45,632 bases of DNA. Origin: Minisyncoccota bacterium (lineage in GTDB: Bacteria > Patescibacteriota > Patescibacteriia > SG8-24 > DYFX01). A program made the translations under genes and the position numbers. The notes under the pieces are model-generated. The model saw nothing but the letters and a program-made list of their open reading frames with translations. It was not told the origin of the DNA and ran no database searches. The DNA lies in NCBI GenBank assembly GCA_052034355.1, contig JBPOIQ010000049.1, positions 1 to 45,632 of the forward strand. Reading direction: 5' to 3'. This document shows positions 20,228 to 28,471 of the stretch, one piece after another. The first letter of the stretch is position 1; each line of letters opens with the position of its first letter.

Positions 20228-20728
20228 ATGATACAGATGCTTATCGCGCTTGAACGCCTCTTCCTGCGCGTTTGGAACGGTTTTGCCCTGCGCTGGCGTT
20301 CCCGCTATTGGTCCCACCATTTCGGCGCCTGCGGAACCAGTCTTGCCGTCGGCGGACCGCTCACGGTCAAGTGGCCTGAGCATGTCCGTGCCGGTACCGG
20401 AGTCCTGATCGCGGAAGGCGTCTATCTCAACGCAAGAGCGACGATCCAGCTCGACGACCATGTACGCTTGTCGTCTTTCGTACGCATCAATACCGGAACA
20501 CTCGACGTGCAGACGCCTCCTGAAGCGCGGTCGGCGCACATCGACAAGCCGGTCCATATAGAAAAGTACGCCTGGCTCGCGACCGGCGTCATGGTGAACC
20601 CTGGTGTCACGATCCACGAAGGCGCCGTCGTGGGAGCCGGTTCAGTTGTTGTAAGCGACCTGCCCGCGTACACTTTGTGCGTCGGTGTGCCCGCCAAACC
20701 GATTCAAGACCTTCCTCGATCCGCGTGA
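20228..20728 (+). CDS. Left-handed beta-helix (hexapeptide) acyl/acetyltransferase, WcaF/MAT-like
   Basis: ORF 20150..20728 trimmed to the ATG at 20228. Hexapeptide repeats include IEKYAWLATGVMVNPGVTIHEGAVVGAGSVVVSDLPAYTLCVGVPAKPI. Confidence 0.7.
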   Translation: MIQMLIALERLFLRVWNGFALRWRSRYWSHHFGACGTSLAVGGPLTVKWPEHVRAGTGVLIAEGVYLNARATIQLDDHVRLSSFVRINTGTLDVQTPPEARSAHIDKPVHIEKYAWLATGVMVNPGVTIHEGAVVGAGSVVVSDLPAYTLCVGVPAKPIQDLPRSA

Positions 20729-20746
20729 GAAGCTTTCAGAAATAAA

Positions 20747-20768
20747 AAAGGCCGCGGAAGCGGCCTTT
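20747..20768. terminator. Bidirectional terminator hairpin between convergent genes
   Basis: AAAGGCCGC-GGAA-GCGGCCTTT. The T-run is stronger on the minus strand (after kdsC). Confidence 0.6.
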
Positions 20769-20783
20769 GTGGCACCAAACGCA

Positions 20784-21446
20784 TCAACCAAGCGTACGCG
20801 CGCGATCGACGATCTGTTGCCAAAAACCCTTGGCTCCAAGCACCAACTCGATCGCTTCGCGCACCGCGCCGTTCCCACCATTGCGGGTGGAAACGAACAT
20901 GACTTCCTTGAGCACCTCAGGCGCCGCGTCGGCCGGGGCGGCGGAAAAACCAACCCGACGTAGAAGGGCGAGGTCCTGAATGTCGTTGCCCATGAAGAAC
21001 ACCTCATCCCAACCCGCTCCATGAAGCGCTAGAAGCCCCTCGACTTCGGCGACCTTGTCCGCGACCCCGAACCGAAGGTCGACGCCCAGATCCTTGGCGC
21101 GCTGACGTACCGCCGGCGAGCTCCTTCCGGTCATGAAGACGACGGGGATGTCGTGGCGCAAGCACTCCTTTACGGCAATACCGTCGCGCGTGTAGAAGCG
21201 GTAGCCTTCGATCCGTCCGTCAGCAGCGCTGGCGAGATAGTGCATCTCTTCCACGGCGCCGTCGGCGTCGCACGGAACGAGTCTCTTGACCGTGCCGGCG
21301 ACTTCGAGGCCGAAAAGCAACCCTTGCTCGTTTTCCGGTCGCCCGAAAATCGTGACGTGATCCGACGTGTGTACGCCGTCGACATCCGTCACGACGAGCC
21401 GTACCTTGCTCGCAGCCTGTTCCAGATTACGCTCTCGATCGCTCAT
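20784..21446 (-). CDS. kdsC: KdsC-family HAD phosphatase (3-deoxy-ulosonate phosphate phosphatase) with a ~35-aa insertion
   Basis: Motifs are VVTDVDGV (I), MTGRSS (II), DK, FMGNDIQDL (IV) and the C-terminal RNGGNGAVREAIELVL. These match the YrbI/KdsC family. Confidence 0.75.
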   Translation of the reverse strand: MSDRERNLEQAASKVRLVVTDVDGVHTSDHVTIFGRPENEQGLLFGLEVAGTVKRLVPCDADGAVEEMHYLASAADGRIEGYRFYTRDGIAVKECLRHDIPVVFMTGRSSPAVRQRAKDLGVDLRFGVADKVAEVEGLLALHGAGWDEVFFMGNDIQDLALLRRVGFSAAPADAAPEVLKEVMFVSTRNGGNGAVREAIELVLGAKGFWQQIVDRARTLG

Positions 21447-22218
21447 GGGTTTCCTCCGATGTTACAGGTTCACGTTCGAATATAGCGCGAACGCGTTCCA
21501 ATTCCTCGATCGTATTCACGCCAAGATTGCGAAAATGTCCTTTCACCATGCGCATGCGGTATCCATGTTCCAGAATACGCATCTGCTCAACCCCCTCGAC
21601 GCATTCGATAGGCGTTCTCGGCAGAGAAAGGAATTCCGTCAAGAAGGAGCGGCGCATCGCCATCGCGCCGATCACGTGATAGTCATGAAATGGCGCGTCC
21701 TTGTGGTGACGAAACGGCACGGCTGCGCGCGTGAAGAAAAGAGCATTGTCGTTTTTGTCCATCAAGACTTGTACAATGCTCGGTTCGTGCAACATACCCA
21801 TATCCTCAATCCGGTCAGCGAGTCCGGCGACATGAAGGCTCTCGTCCTCAAGAAGCAGGGCGACGCATCGATCGATCGCCTCTGCAGGATAGAGTGGCTC
21901 GTCGCCCCACACATTCACCACGATATCCGGGGTAAAGTCAAGGAATTGCTGAACGGCATAGGCGACGCGATCCGTACCCGTCGGCAGTTCCGAAGGCGAC
22001 ATGATGACGGGGACACCAAGAGAACGCACGACTTCGGCGATGCGTTCGGAATCTGTCGTAACGACGATCGCGTCGAGCGATTTCGCGCGCAGCGTCCTTT
22101 CAACCGTCCGTTGAATCAGCGGCTTCCCCGCCAGATCCTTCAGCATCTTCTCGGGAATTCGGGTCGAACCGAGGCGGGCAGGAATCACTCCCAGCACTTT
22201 TTTATGAAAATCTGCCAT
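21427..22218 (-). CDS. kdsB: 3-deoxy-manno-octulosonate cytidylyltransferase-like (CMP-KDO synthetase family)
   Basis: ORF trimmed to the ATG at 22218 (MADFHKKVLGVIPARLGSTRIPEKML). GTDRVA, VNVWGDEPL and EQMRILEHG align by eye with E. coli KdsB motifs (IPARYASTRLPGKPL, GTERLA, VNVQGDEP, EQLRVL). Confidence 0.85.
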   Translation of the reverse strand: MADFHKKVLGVIPARLGSTRIPEKMLKDLAGKPLIQRTVERTLRAKSLDAIVVTTDSERIAEVVRSLGVPVIMSPSELPTGTDRVAYAVQQFLDFTPDIVVNVWGDEPLYPAEAIDRCVALLLEDESLHVAGLADRIEDMGMLHEPSIVQVLMDKNDNALFFTRAAVPFRHHKDAPFHDYHVIGAMAMRRSFLTEFLSLPRTPIECVEGVEQMRILEHGYRMRMVKGHFRNLGVNTIEELERVRAIFEREPVTSEETHERSRA

Positions 22219-22226
22219 AAAAACCG

Positions 22227-23081
22227 TTACAATGTGCGTCCGACGGCCTGCGCCACGAGACGCATCCCCTTCATCATCTCGGAAAACGTCTCCGGCAAAA
22301 GCGCCTGCGCGCCATCGCACAGCGCGTGCTCCGGATCATGGTGTACCTCGACGATCAAGCCATCGGCGCCGACGGCGACGGCCGCGCGAGAAAGCGCGGG
22401 AATGATATCGGGTCGTCCTGCCGCGTGGCTCGGGTCGACGATGACGGGCAGGTGGGTTTCTTTTTTCAGGACGGGAATAGAGGAAATGTCGAGCGTGGCG
22501 CGCGTCGACTTCTCGAACGTCTGAATACCGCGCTCGCAAAGCACGACGTTCGTGTTGCCGCCATGCAAAATGTACTCCGCAGCCGACAACAGTTCAGACA
22601 CCGTAGACCCGGCGCCGCGCTTGAGTAAGATCGGCTTTCGAAGCTGGCCAAGTTCCTTCAATAAGGAAAAGTTCTGCATGTTGCGCGCGCCGACCTGAAG
22701 CACATCGATGTCGTACTTCAGAAACAAAGGGATCGCGCGTGCATCCATAATTTCCGTCACGATCGCGAGACCTGTTTTCTCCCGAACTTTTTTCAAAATA
22801 TTCAAACCTTCCTCTTCAAGGCCTTGAAAGCTGTACGGCGAACTACGAGGCTTATACGCACCACCGCGCAAGGCCGTTGCGCCAGCTGCTTTGACCTGTT
22901 CGGCAACCTTTGTCACCTGGTCTTCAGACTCGACGGCACAAGGACCGGCAATGACGACAAGCTTTTCCGAACCAAAAACCCCGCCAGTTATTGCAACTTT
23001 CGTCGTATCTGCCACCGCCCCTCGGGAAACCAGCGGATGTGCGCTCTCTTTTTTTCCGCAAACTGTCGCTGTAGAACCCAT
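22227..23081 (-). CDS. Type I-beta DAHP-synthase-like PEP aldolase (DAH7PS/KDO8PS family; DAH7PS-type motifs)
   Basis: ORF trimmed to the ATG at 23081. Motifs are VIAGPCAVES, RGGAYKPRSSPYSFQG, LQVGARNMQNF, LLKRG, VLCERGIQTFE, VIVDPSHAAG and EVHHDPEHALCDGAQAL. The KPRS loop is the DAH7PS version; KDO8PS has KANRS. Confidence 0.85.
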   Translation of the reverse strand: MGSTATVCGKKESAHPLVSRGAVADTTKVAITGGVFGSEKLVVIAGPCAVESEDQVTKVAEQVKAAGATALRGGAYKPRSSPYSFQGLEEEGLNILKKVREKTGLAIVTEIMDARAIPLFLKYDIDVLQVGARNMQNFSLLKELGQLRKPILLKRGAGSTVSELLSAAEYILHGGNTNVVLCERGIQTFEKSTRATLDISSIPVLKKETHLPVIVDPSHAAGRPDIIPALSRAAVAVGADGLIVEVHHDPEHALCDGAQALLPETFSEMMKGMRLVAQAVGRTL

Positions 23082-23220
23082 AATTGCTCGGAAATGCGAG
23101 TATAGGAACAATAACCATTTACCATCTTCTTGACAAGGCTGCGCAGGCAGCGCTCACAGACGTTTCTCCTCAGGCCTTCCGCGAAAGGCGGTCGCCTAAA
23201 ATAACCACTGCGAACTTCCA

Positions 23221-23249
23221 TTGACAAGAGCGGTCGCGACAACGATACT
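23221..23249 (+). promoter_or_regulatory. Putative promoter (-35 TTGACA, 17 nt, -10 GATACT) of the 23280-29493 operon
   Basis: TTGACA at 23221-23226 and GATACT at 23244-23249. A second TTGACAAG copy lies at 23130. Motif inspection only. Confidence 0.4.
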
Positions 23250-23279
23250 AATGAGGAAATATCGGACTAACCTGATCAC

Positions 23280-24077
23280 ATGAACTTCAGCTTGATCGGC
23301 ACCGGTTTCATCATGCCTCGCCACGCCGAAGCTATCGAGGCGCTCGGCGGAAAGTTGATCGACGTCGTTAATACCGCGTACGGTGAGGATCGTTGGAAAA
23401 CCGGCGTGATGGATAACCCGAAAACCGATTGTATCGTCATTCTCGCGCCGAACGACTTGCACGTACCGATGGCGCGCATGGCGGCCGAAGCGGGCAAGAT
23501 CGTGCTGTGCGAAAAGCCGCTCGGTATTTCTTCAGAAGCCGTCCGTTCGCTCGCGCACTTCGACAAGGTGTTTACGGTCATGCAACTGCGCCATCATCCG
23601 CTCGCGGAGGAATTGCGCGCGCAGGTTGCCGCCGGCGGCACGTTCGAAATCGACATGAACATCTCCGTCTTTCGCGACGAGAAATATTTCCGTACCTGGA
23701 AAGGCGACGCCAAACGTTCCGGAGGCCCGCTCTTCAACATCGGTATCCACTATTTCGACTTGCTGCAGCACATTTTCGGCGCGCCGACGAAGGTTACGAC
23801 GACGGAGCTGACCGATACGGTCGGGTGCGGCGTGATCGAAGGCGAGCGCTACCGCTGCACCTGGACGGTCGGCATTTATCGCGATCGCGCGAACCAGCAG
23901 CGCCGCTTCGTCGTAAACGGCAAGGACTATAATTTTTCCTCGAAGGACAATCTTTCGTTCGAAAACCTCCATCGCGTCGTCTACCGCGAGATGCTCGAAG
24001 GCCGCGGCGTGCGGCCGCAAGAGACGCTGCCCTCGGTCGAACTGGTCGAGCGCCTCTACGCATCCTATGGCGCATGA
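23280..24077 (+). CDS. Gfo/Idh/MocA-family NAD-dependent sugar-nucleotide dehydrogenase (WbpB/WlbA-like)
   Basis: The N-terminal Rossmann is FSLIGTGFIMPRHAEAI and the motif is VLCEKPLG. It is short (265 aa), like the WlbA/WbpB type, and is co-operonic with the LbH N-acetyltransferase and the DegT aminotransferase. Confidence 0.75.
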   Translation: MNFSLIGTGFIMPRHAEAIEALGGKLIDVVNTAYGEDRWKTGVMDNPKTDCIVILAPNDLHVPMARMAAEAGKIVLCEKPLGISSEAVRSLAHFDKVFTVMQLRHHPLAEELRAQVAAGGTFEIDMNISVFRDEKYFRTWKGDAKRSGGPLFNIGIHYFDLLQHIFGAPTKVTTTELTDTVGCGVIEGERYRCTWTVGIYRDRANQQRRFVVNGKDYNFSSKDNLSFENLHRVVYREMLEGRGVRPQETLPSVELVERLYASYGA

Positions 24078-24645
24078 CGGCGTCACGATCCATCCGACGG
24101 CGGAAGTCGCCGACGACGCCATAATCGGCGCCGGCACAAAAATCTGGAGACACTCCCAGGTCGTTTCAGGTGCGCGGATCGGTGAACGCTGCACGATCGG
24201 ACATAACTGCACCGTTTTCGGAAAAGCCGTCCTCGGCCAACATGTAAAGCTGGAGGCGAATATCGACGTCTGGGACCTGGTCACGCTGGAGGACCGCGTT
24301 TTTGTCGGCCCCTCCGTCGTCTTTACGAACGATCCCGCTCCGCGCTCGCGTGACGTTTCCAAACGCGAAGCATGGCTTCCGACGCTCGTACGCGAAGGCG
24401 CGGCGCTCGGAGCGAACGCCACCATCGTCTGCGGCGTCACGATCGGACCATGGGCCATGATCGGCGCCGGAGCCGTCGTCACCAAAGACATTCCAGCCTA
24501 CGCACTCGCGGTCGGCGTGCCCGCCCAAGCGATCGGCTGGGTCTGCGCGTGCGGAGAACGGCTTGATTTTGAAAGCACGAATGCGCGCTGCGTGAGCTGC
24601 TCGGCCGCGTATCTTCTTGAGCGTGGGATCGTGACACCCGTATGA
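24067..24645 (+). CDS. LbH N-acetyltransferase (WbpD/WlbB-like) with a C-terminal Cys-rich tail
   Basis: Hexapeptide repeats run throughout (IHPTAEVADDAIIGAGTKIW..., IGPWAMIGAGAVVTKDIPAYALAVGVPA). The tail is WVCACGERLDF...ARCVSC. Confidence 0.8.
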   Translation: MAHDGVTIHPTAEVADDAIIGAGTKIWRHSQVVSGARIGERCTIGHNCTVFGKAVLGQHVKLEANIDVWDLVTLEDRVFVGPSVVFTNDPAPRSRDVSKREAWLPTLVREGAALGANATIVCGVTIGPWAMIGAGAVVTKDIPAYALAVGVPAQAIGWVCACGERLDFESTNARCVSCSAAYLLERGIVTPV

Positions 24646-25715
24646 AACTTCTTATTGTCACGCAGATCGTCGACAAGAACGACGATGTACTCGGCGCGTT
24701 TCATCAGTGGATCAAACGTTTCGCCGAGGTTTTTGATTCGGTCGAGGTGATTTGCCTCAAGCGCGGTGGAACCGACCTGCCCGCGAACGTGCGCGTCCAT
24801 TCGCTCGGCAAAGAAGAAAAGCCTTCGCGCCTTCGCTACCTTTGGCGTTTTTATAAATACATGTTCGCACTCCGCAAAAAATACGACGCGGTCTTCGTGC
24901 ACATGAACCCGGAATATGTCCTTCTCGGAGGCCCTCTCTGGCGCCTCTGGGGGAAAGTCACGTTTCTGTGGTACGCGCATAAAAAAGGGAGCTGGTTGCG
25001 GCTCGTCGCGCTCCGCATCGCCAATCGCGTCGTGTCCGTTTCGAAAGAGAGTTTCAACGGCAGCGATTCGCCGAAATTTCTCGGCGTCGGCCACGGCGTC
25101 GATCCTGATCTCTACAGCTGCCCCGCGCACCGCGCTTCGCCCAATCGCAAAGCGATTTTGAGCGTCGGCCGCATTACGCCCGTTAAAGAGTACGATCTCC
25201 TGATCGACGCCTGCCGGCTCTTGCGCGATGTCCACCATCGCAGCGACTTCGTCGTGCAACTCATCGGCGGTGCCTCGAACGACGCGGACCGAGCTTATGT
25301 CACGAAACTAAAAGAGAAGATCGCGTCATACGGTTTAACGGACGCATTCGAGTTCGTCGGCCCGGTGCCGAACAAGGAACTTCTCCCCTACCTCTGCCCA
25401 GCCGCGGCATTCGTCAGCATGCAGCGCATCGGCGGTGCCGGAAAATCGTTCCTTGAAGCGATGTCCTGCGGGGTACCAACGATCGTCTGCACCCCCGTTT
25501 TCAATCCATATCTAGGAGAATGGCTGACGCATCTTTTTTACGATTGGACGCCCGAAGATTTTGCAATGAAGCTGAACGCCTGTCTTTCACTTTCCGATGA
25601 GGAGCGCGCCCGCATGAGCGAAACGCTCCGCGGTATCGTCGTTGAACATCACAATCTGAAGAAACTGGTTCGCCGCCTCCGGGAAGAATATGAACTTGTA
25701 CGAGCACGAGGGTAA
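24642..25715 (+). CDS. Glycosyltransferase family 4-like (GT-B)
   Basis: 357 aa with a GT-B layout; the C-terminal motif is GGAGKSFLEAMSCGVPTIV. It has an ATGA overlap with the upstream gene. Confidence 0.75.
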   Translation: MKLLIVTQIVDKNDDVLGAFHQWIKRFAEVFDSVEVICLKRGGTDLPANVRVHSLGKEEKPSRLRYLWRFYKYMFALRKKYDAVFVHMNPEYVLLGGPLWRLWGKVTFLWYAHKKGSWLRLVALRIANRVVSVSKESFNGSDSPKFLGVGHGVDPDLYSCPAHRASPNRKAILSVGRITPVKEYDLLIDACRLLRDVHHRSDFVVQLIGGASNDADRAYVTKLKEKIASYGLTDAFEFVGPVPNKELLPYLCPAAAFVSMQRIGGAGKSFLEAMSCGVPTIVCTPVFNPYLGEWLTHLFYDWTPEDFAMKLNACLSLSDEERARMSETLRGIVVEHHNLKKLVRRLREEYELVRARG

Positions 25716-26850
25716 AGCGATCTTGCGCGCGCACGGCATCAGGACTCCGGACGGGATCCTGATTTCGCGTATGGAAGATATCGTGCAAGCGCGCAACGCT
25801 CTCGGAGGAAAACCGTCCGTGCTCAAGGCTCAACTGCTTTCGGGAAAGCGGGCTGCGCAAGACGCGATCGCTTTTGTGGATACGGAAAAAGATATCGAGC
25901 AACGACTTTCAGCTTGGCACGCCAAAGGATGGACCCAAGCCCTGCTTGAAGAGCGCGTGGAAACGCACCGCGAACTGTACCTATCCTGTCTCTACGATGC
26001 CGTTCAACGGGCTCCGCTTTTGCTGATCGGAGAGGAGGGCGGATCCGCCATCGAAAGCAAGAAAAACGTGCGTCGTTTTCCGATCGATCCGCGAAAACCT
26101 TCAGACTCCCTGAAATTGATCGCCGATGCACTGTCCGCTGTTTCGCCGCGGCTTCCGGAAACATGCGAAAAACTCGTCACGCTTTTTTTCGAAGAAGACG
26201 CCAAGCAAGTTGAGATCAACCCGCTCGCCGAATACATCGACGGATCGTTGATCGCGCTCGACGCGAAAATCGCGCTCGATACGGCCGCTCAAAGTAAGCA
26301 TCCGGAGTGGTCTCGGTATCCGCCCCGCACGACACTCGGACGCGCTTCGACCGGACGCGAGCAGGAAGCCGAACGCATCGACACCGGAGCTGAGGCGCAT
26401 CGCGGCAACGCTGGAACGTTTTTCGAGTTGGATGGCGATGTTGCCACGCTGTTTTCCGGAGGCGGCGCCAGCCTCGTCAACATGGACGCGATGGCGCGTC
26501 ACGGCCTCAAGGCCGCGAACTACGCCGAATACTCGGGGAATCCTCCCAAAGAAAAAGTAGCGGCGCTCGCAAGGCTCGTACTTTCCAAACCGGGTTTGCG
26601 CGGCGCGCTGATCGTCGGGGGTATCGCAAATTTTACCGATATCCAAGAGACGTTCGCCGGCATCGCCGAAGCATTGGACGAATTAAAACCGGCTTATCCG
26701 ATCGTCGTCCGGCGTGCCGGTCCGAAAGAACGCGAGGGACTCGCGCTTCTTCGCGCTTGCGCAGAACGCTGCGGTTTGCAGATGGAACTCTACGGAAAAG
26801 ACACGACGATGGAAGACGCCGTGCTGCGTTTGAAAACCTTGATGGTATGA
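25690..26850 (+). CDS. ATP-grasp SucC/ATP-citrate-lyase beta-like subunit (citryl-CoA synthetase large-subunit-like)
   Basis: The N-terminus MNLYEHEGKAILRAHGI matches SucC MNLHEYQAK. The ACL-like segment is GRASTGREQEAERID...FFELDGDVATLFSGGGASLVNMDA. Confidence 0.75.
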   Translation: MNLYEHEGKAILRAHGIRTPDGILISRMEDIVQARNALGGKPSVLKAQLLSGKRAAQDAIAFVDTEKDIEQRLSAWHAKGWTQALLEERVETHRELYLSCLYDAVQRAPLLLIGEEGGSAIESKKNVRRFPIDPRKPSDSLKLIADALSAVSPRLPETCEKLVTLFFEEDAKQVEINPLAEYIDGSLIALDAKIALDTAAQSKHPEWSRYPPRTTLGRASTGREQEAERIDTGAEAHRGNAGTFFELDGDVATLFSGGGASLVNMDAMARHGLKAANYAEYSGNPPKEKVAALARLVLSKPGLRGALIVGGIANFTDIQETFAGIAEALDELKPAYPIVVRRAGPKEREGLALLRACAERCGLQMELYGKDTTMEDAVLRLKTLMV

Positions 26851-27743
26851 GCATTCTCCTCAATCAACATACGTCCGTCCTCGTTCAAGGAGCGACGGGC
26901 AAAGAGGGCTTGCGGGCGATCGCGAGCATGCGCGCCTATCACACGCGCGTCGTTTGCGGGGTCACGCCCGGCAAGGGCAGCCAGTCGGCCGAAGGCACGC
27001 CGGTATTCGACACTGTGCAGCAAGCGATCTCCGCATTTCCGGAAACGTCCGTCGCCGCCCTCTATGTGCCGCCGTCTGCTGCCAAAGCGGCCATGCTTGA
27101 AGCGATAGAAGCCGGCATTCCTCTCATCGCCGTCATGGCGGAAAAAATACCGCTCCGCGACACGGCCTACTGCCTTGCTGCCGCCGCCGAGCGAGGGATC
27201 CGCATACTCGGCCCAGGATCGCTCGGCTGCCTGGTGCCGGGCGTGGGACGCATCGGCGTCGTCGGCGGGCCGCTTGTCGACGATATTTACACGCCAGGCT
27301 CGATTGGCGTCATTTCCCGTTCCGGCGGCATGACGAATGAACTTTCCTGGCTTGTTCGACGCGCCGGATTGGGACAGAGCGCGGCCGTTCACGTTGGCGG
27401 AGAATTCCTGATCGGTACCGCGTATGCCGATCTTCTCCGCATGTTCGAACGCGATGACGCCACGAAAGCTGTGGTGCTCTACGCGGAACAAGGCGTCAAT
27501 TACGAACGTGAGATTATCGACGTGCTCGCGCGCGGCGAATACACAAAACCGCTCGCCGTCCATATTGGCGGAGCTTTCGCGGCGGCAATGCCCGAAGGCG
27601 CCGTCATCGGGCATGCCGGGGCCATTGTCGGGGCTGGCCAATCGGCCGCCGACAAATCCGCCGCGCTGCACGAAGCCGGAGCCCTGATTGCCGAACGGTT
27701 CGACGATCTCGTAGAATTAGTGCAAGATTCCGTACGCCTATGA
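26847..27743 (+). CDS. SucD/ATP-citrate-lyase alpha-like CoA-ligase subunit
   Basis: ORF trimmed to the ATG at 26847 (ATGA overlap). The CoA-binding motif is VLVQGATGKEG, with SRSGGMTNE and the phosphohistidine loop VIGHAGAIVGAG. Confidence 0.85.
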   Translation: MSILLNQHTSVLVQGATGKEGLRAIASMRAYHTRVVCGVTPGKGSQSAEGTPVFDTVQQAISAFPETSVAALYVPPSAAKAAMLEAIEAGIPLIAVMAEKIPLRDTAYCLAAAAERGIRILGPGSLGCLVPGVGRIGVVGGPLVDDIYTPGSIGVISRSGGMTNELSWLVRRAGLGQSAAVHVGGEFLIGTAYADLLRMFERDDATKAVVLYAEQGVNYEREIIDVLARGEYTKPLAVHIGGAFAAAMPEGAVIGHAGAIVGAGQSAADKSAALHEAGALIAERFDDLVELVQDSVRL

Positions 27744-28471
27744 AAGTCCACACGCGCGTTTCACATGTCACGAAAGAACGGGAAATCGTACGCGGACATG
27801 ACCTGATTTCCCTGATCGGCACGAAGTCGTTCGTCGAAGTCGCGTGGCTTTTGTTGCGCGAATCCTGGCCGACCAAAGAGCAGGCTGCGATGTTCGATGC
27901 GGTTCTTGTCGCCGCCATCGACCATGGTTCCGCACCGGTTTCATCGATCGCAGCGCGTTGCATCGCCTCCTCCGGCAACGAACCGCATGTCGCATTGGCC
28001 GCCGGCATCTTGGCGCAGGGCACGCTGCACGGAGGAGCGATCGAGGACGCTGCGCGTTTCTTTTCAAAGCACGTGGAACAGGATGCCGAGACTGTCGTCG
28101 AAGAAGCGCGGTCTTCCTCAACGCGCATCGCCGGGTACGGACACAAGCTCCTGGCAAAAGACCGTCGCAGCGAAGCGTTGTTCGCCCTGGCGAAACAACT
28201 CGGCACCTCAGGAGCCCACGCAGCTTTCGCCGAACGCCTTGAACGCGCCCTGAACGCCAAGCGGGAAAAGCCTCTGCCGCTCAATATCGACGGTGCCATG
28301 GCGGCCGTACTGCTTGATATGGGATTCGCGCCGGAAACCATGCGCGGAATTTTTGCGCTCGCCCGCTTGCCAGGGCTCCTTGCGCACGTCGTTGAGGAAC
28401 GCGCGACCGTGCGTGGCCCGCGCCGACTGGAAGACGACGAGATCATTTACGAAGGAATCACACCAACATGA
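27740..28471 (+). CDS. Citrate-synthase-fold protein, citryl-CoA-lyase-like (short form)
   Basis: 243 aa. GTLHGGA, GYGHKLL and LNIDGA correspond to the His/His/Asp catalytic signatures of citrate synthase and citryl-CoA lyase. It has ATGA overlaps on both sides. Confidence 0.75.
   Translation: MKVHTRVSHVTKEREIVRGHDLISLIGTKSFVEVAWLLLRESWPTKEQAAMFDAVLVAAIDHGSAPVSSIAARCIASSGNEPHVALAAGILAQGTLHGGAIEDAARFFSKHVEQDAETVVEEARSSSTRIAGYGHKLLAKDRRSEALFALAKQLGTSGAHAAFAERLERALNAKREKPLPLNIDGAMAAVLLDMGFAPETMRGIFALARLPGLLAHVVEERATVRGPRRLEDDEIIYEGITPT

Noticed and set aside
20141-20617. 159-codon N-terminal extension of the GT4/GT-C fusion ORF
   Set aside because: The extension is R/D-rich and overlaps the opposite-strand LbH acetyltransferase gene. 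The GT4 domain begins exactly at the internal ATG at 20140 with the usual MKIAYV start.
23251-23283. 10-codon uORF (MRKYRTNLIT) whose TGA overlaps the ATG of the dehydrogenase gene
   Set aside because: Its ATG lies immediately after the predicted -10 hexamer. It would therefore probably be upstream of the transcription start. It has no SD and is likely coincidental.
23532-25259. 319-aa and 253-aa minus-strand ORFs (23532..24491, 24498..25259)
   Set aside because: They lie antisense to the dehydrogenase, acetyltransferase and GT4 genes, which have clear family motifs. There is no SD and the composition is poor.
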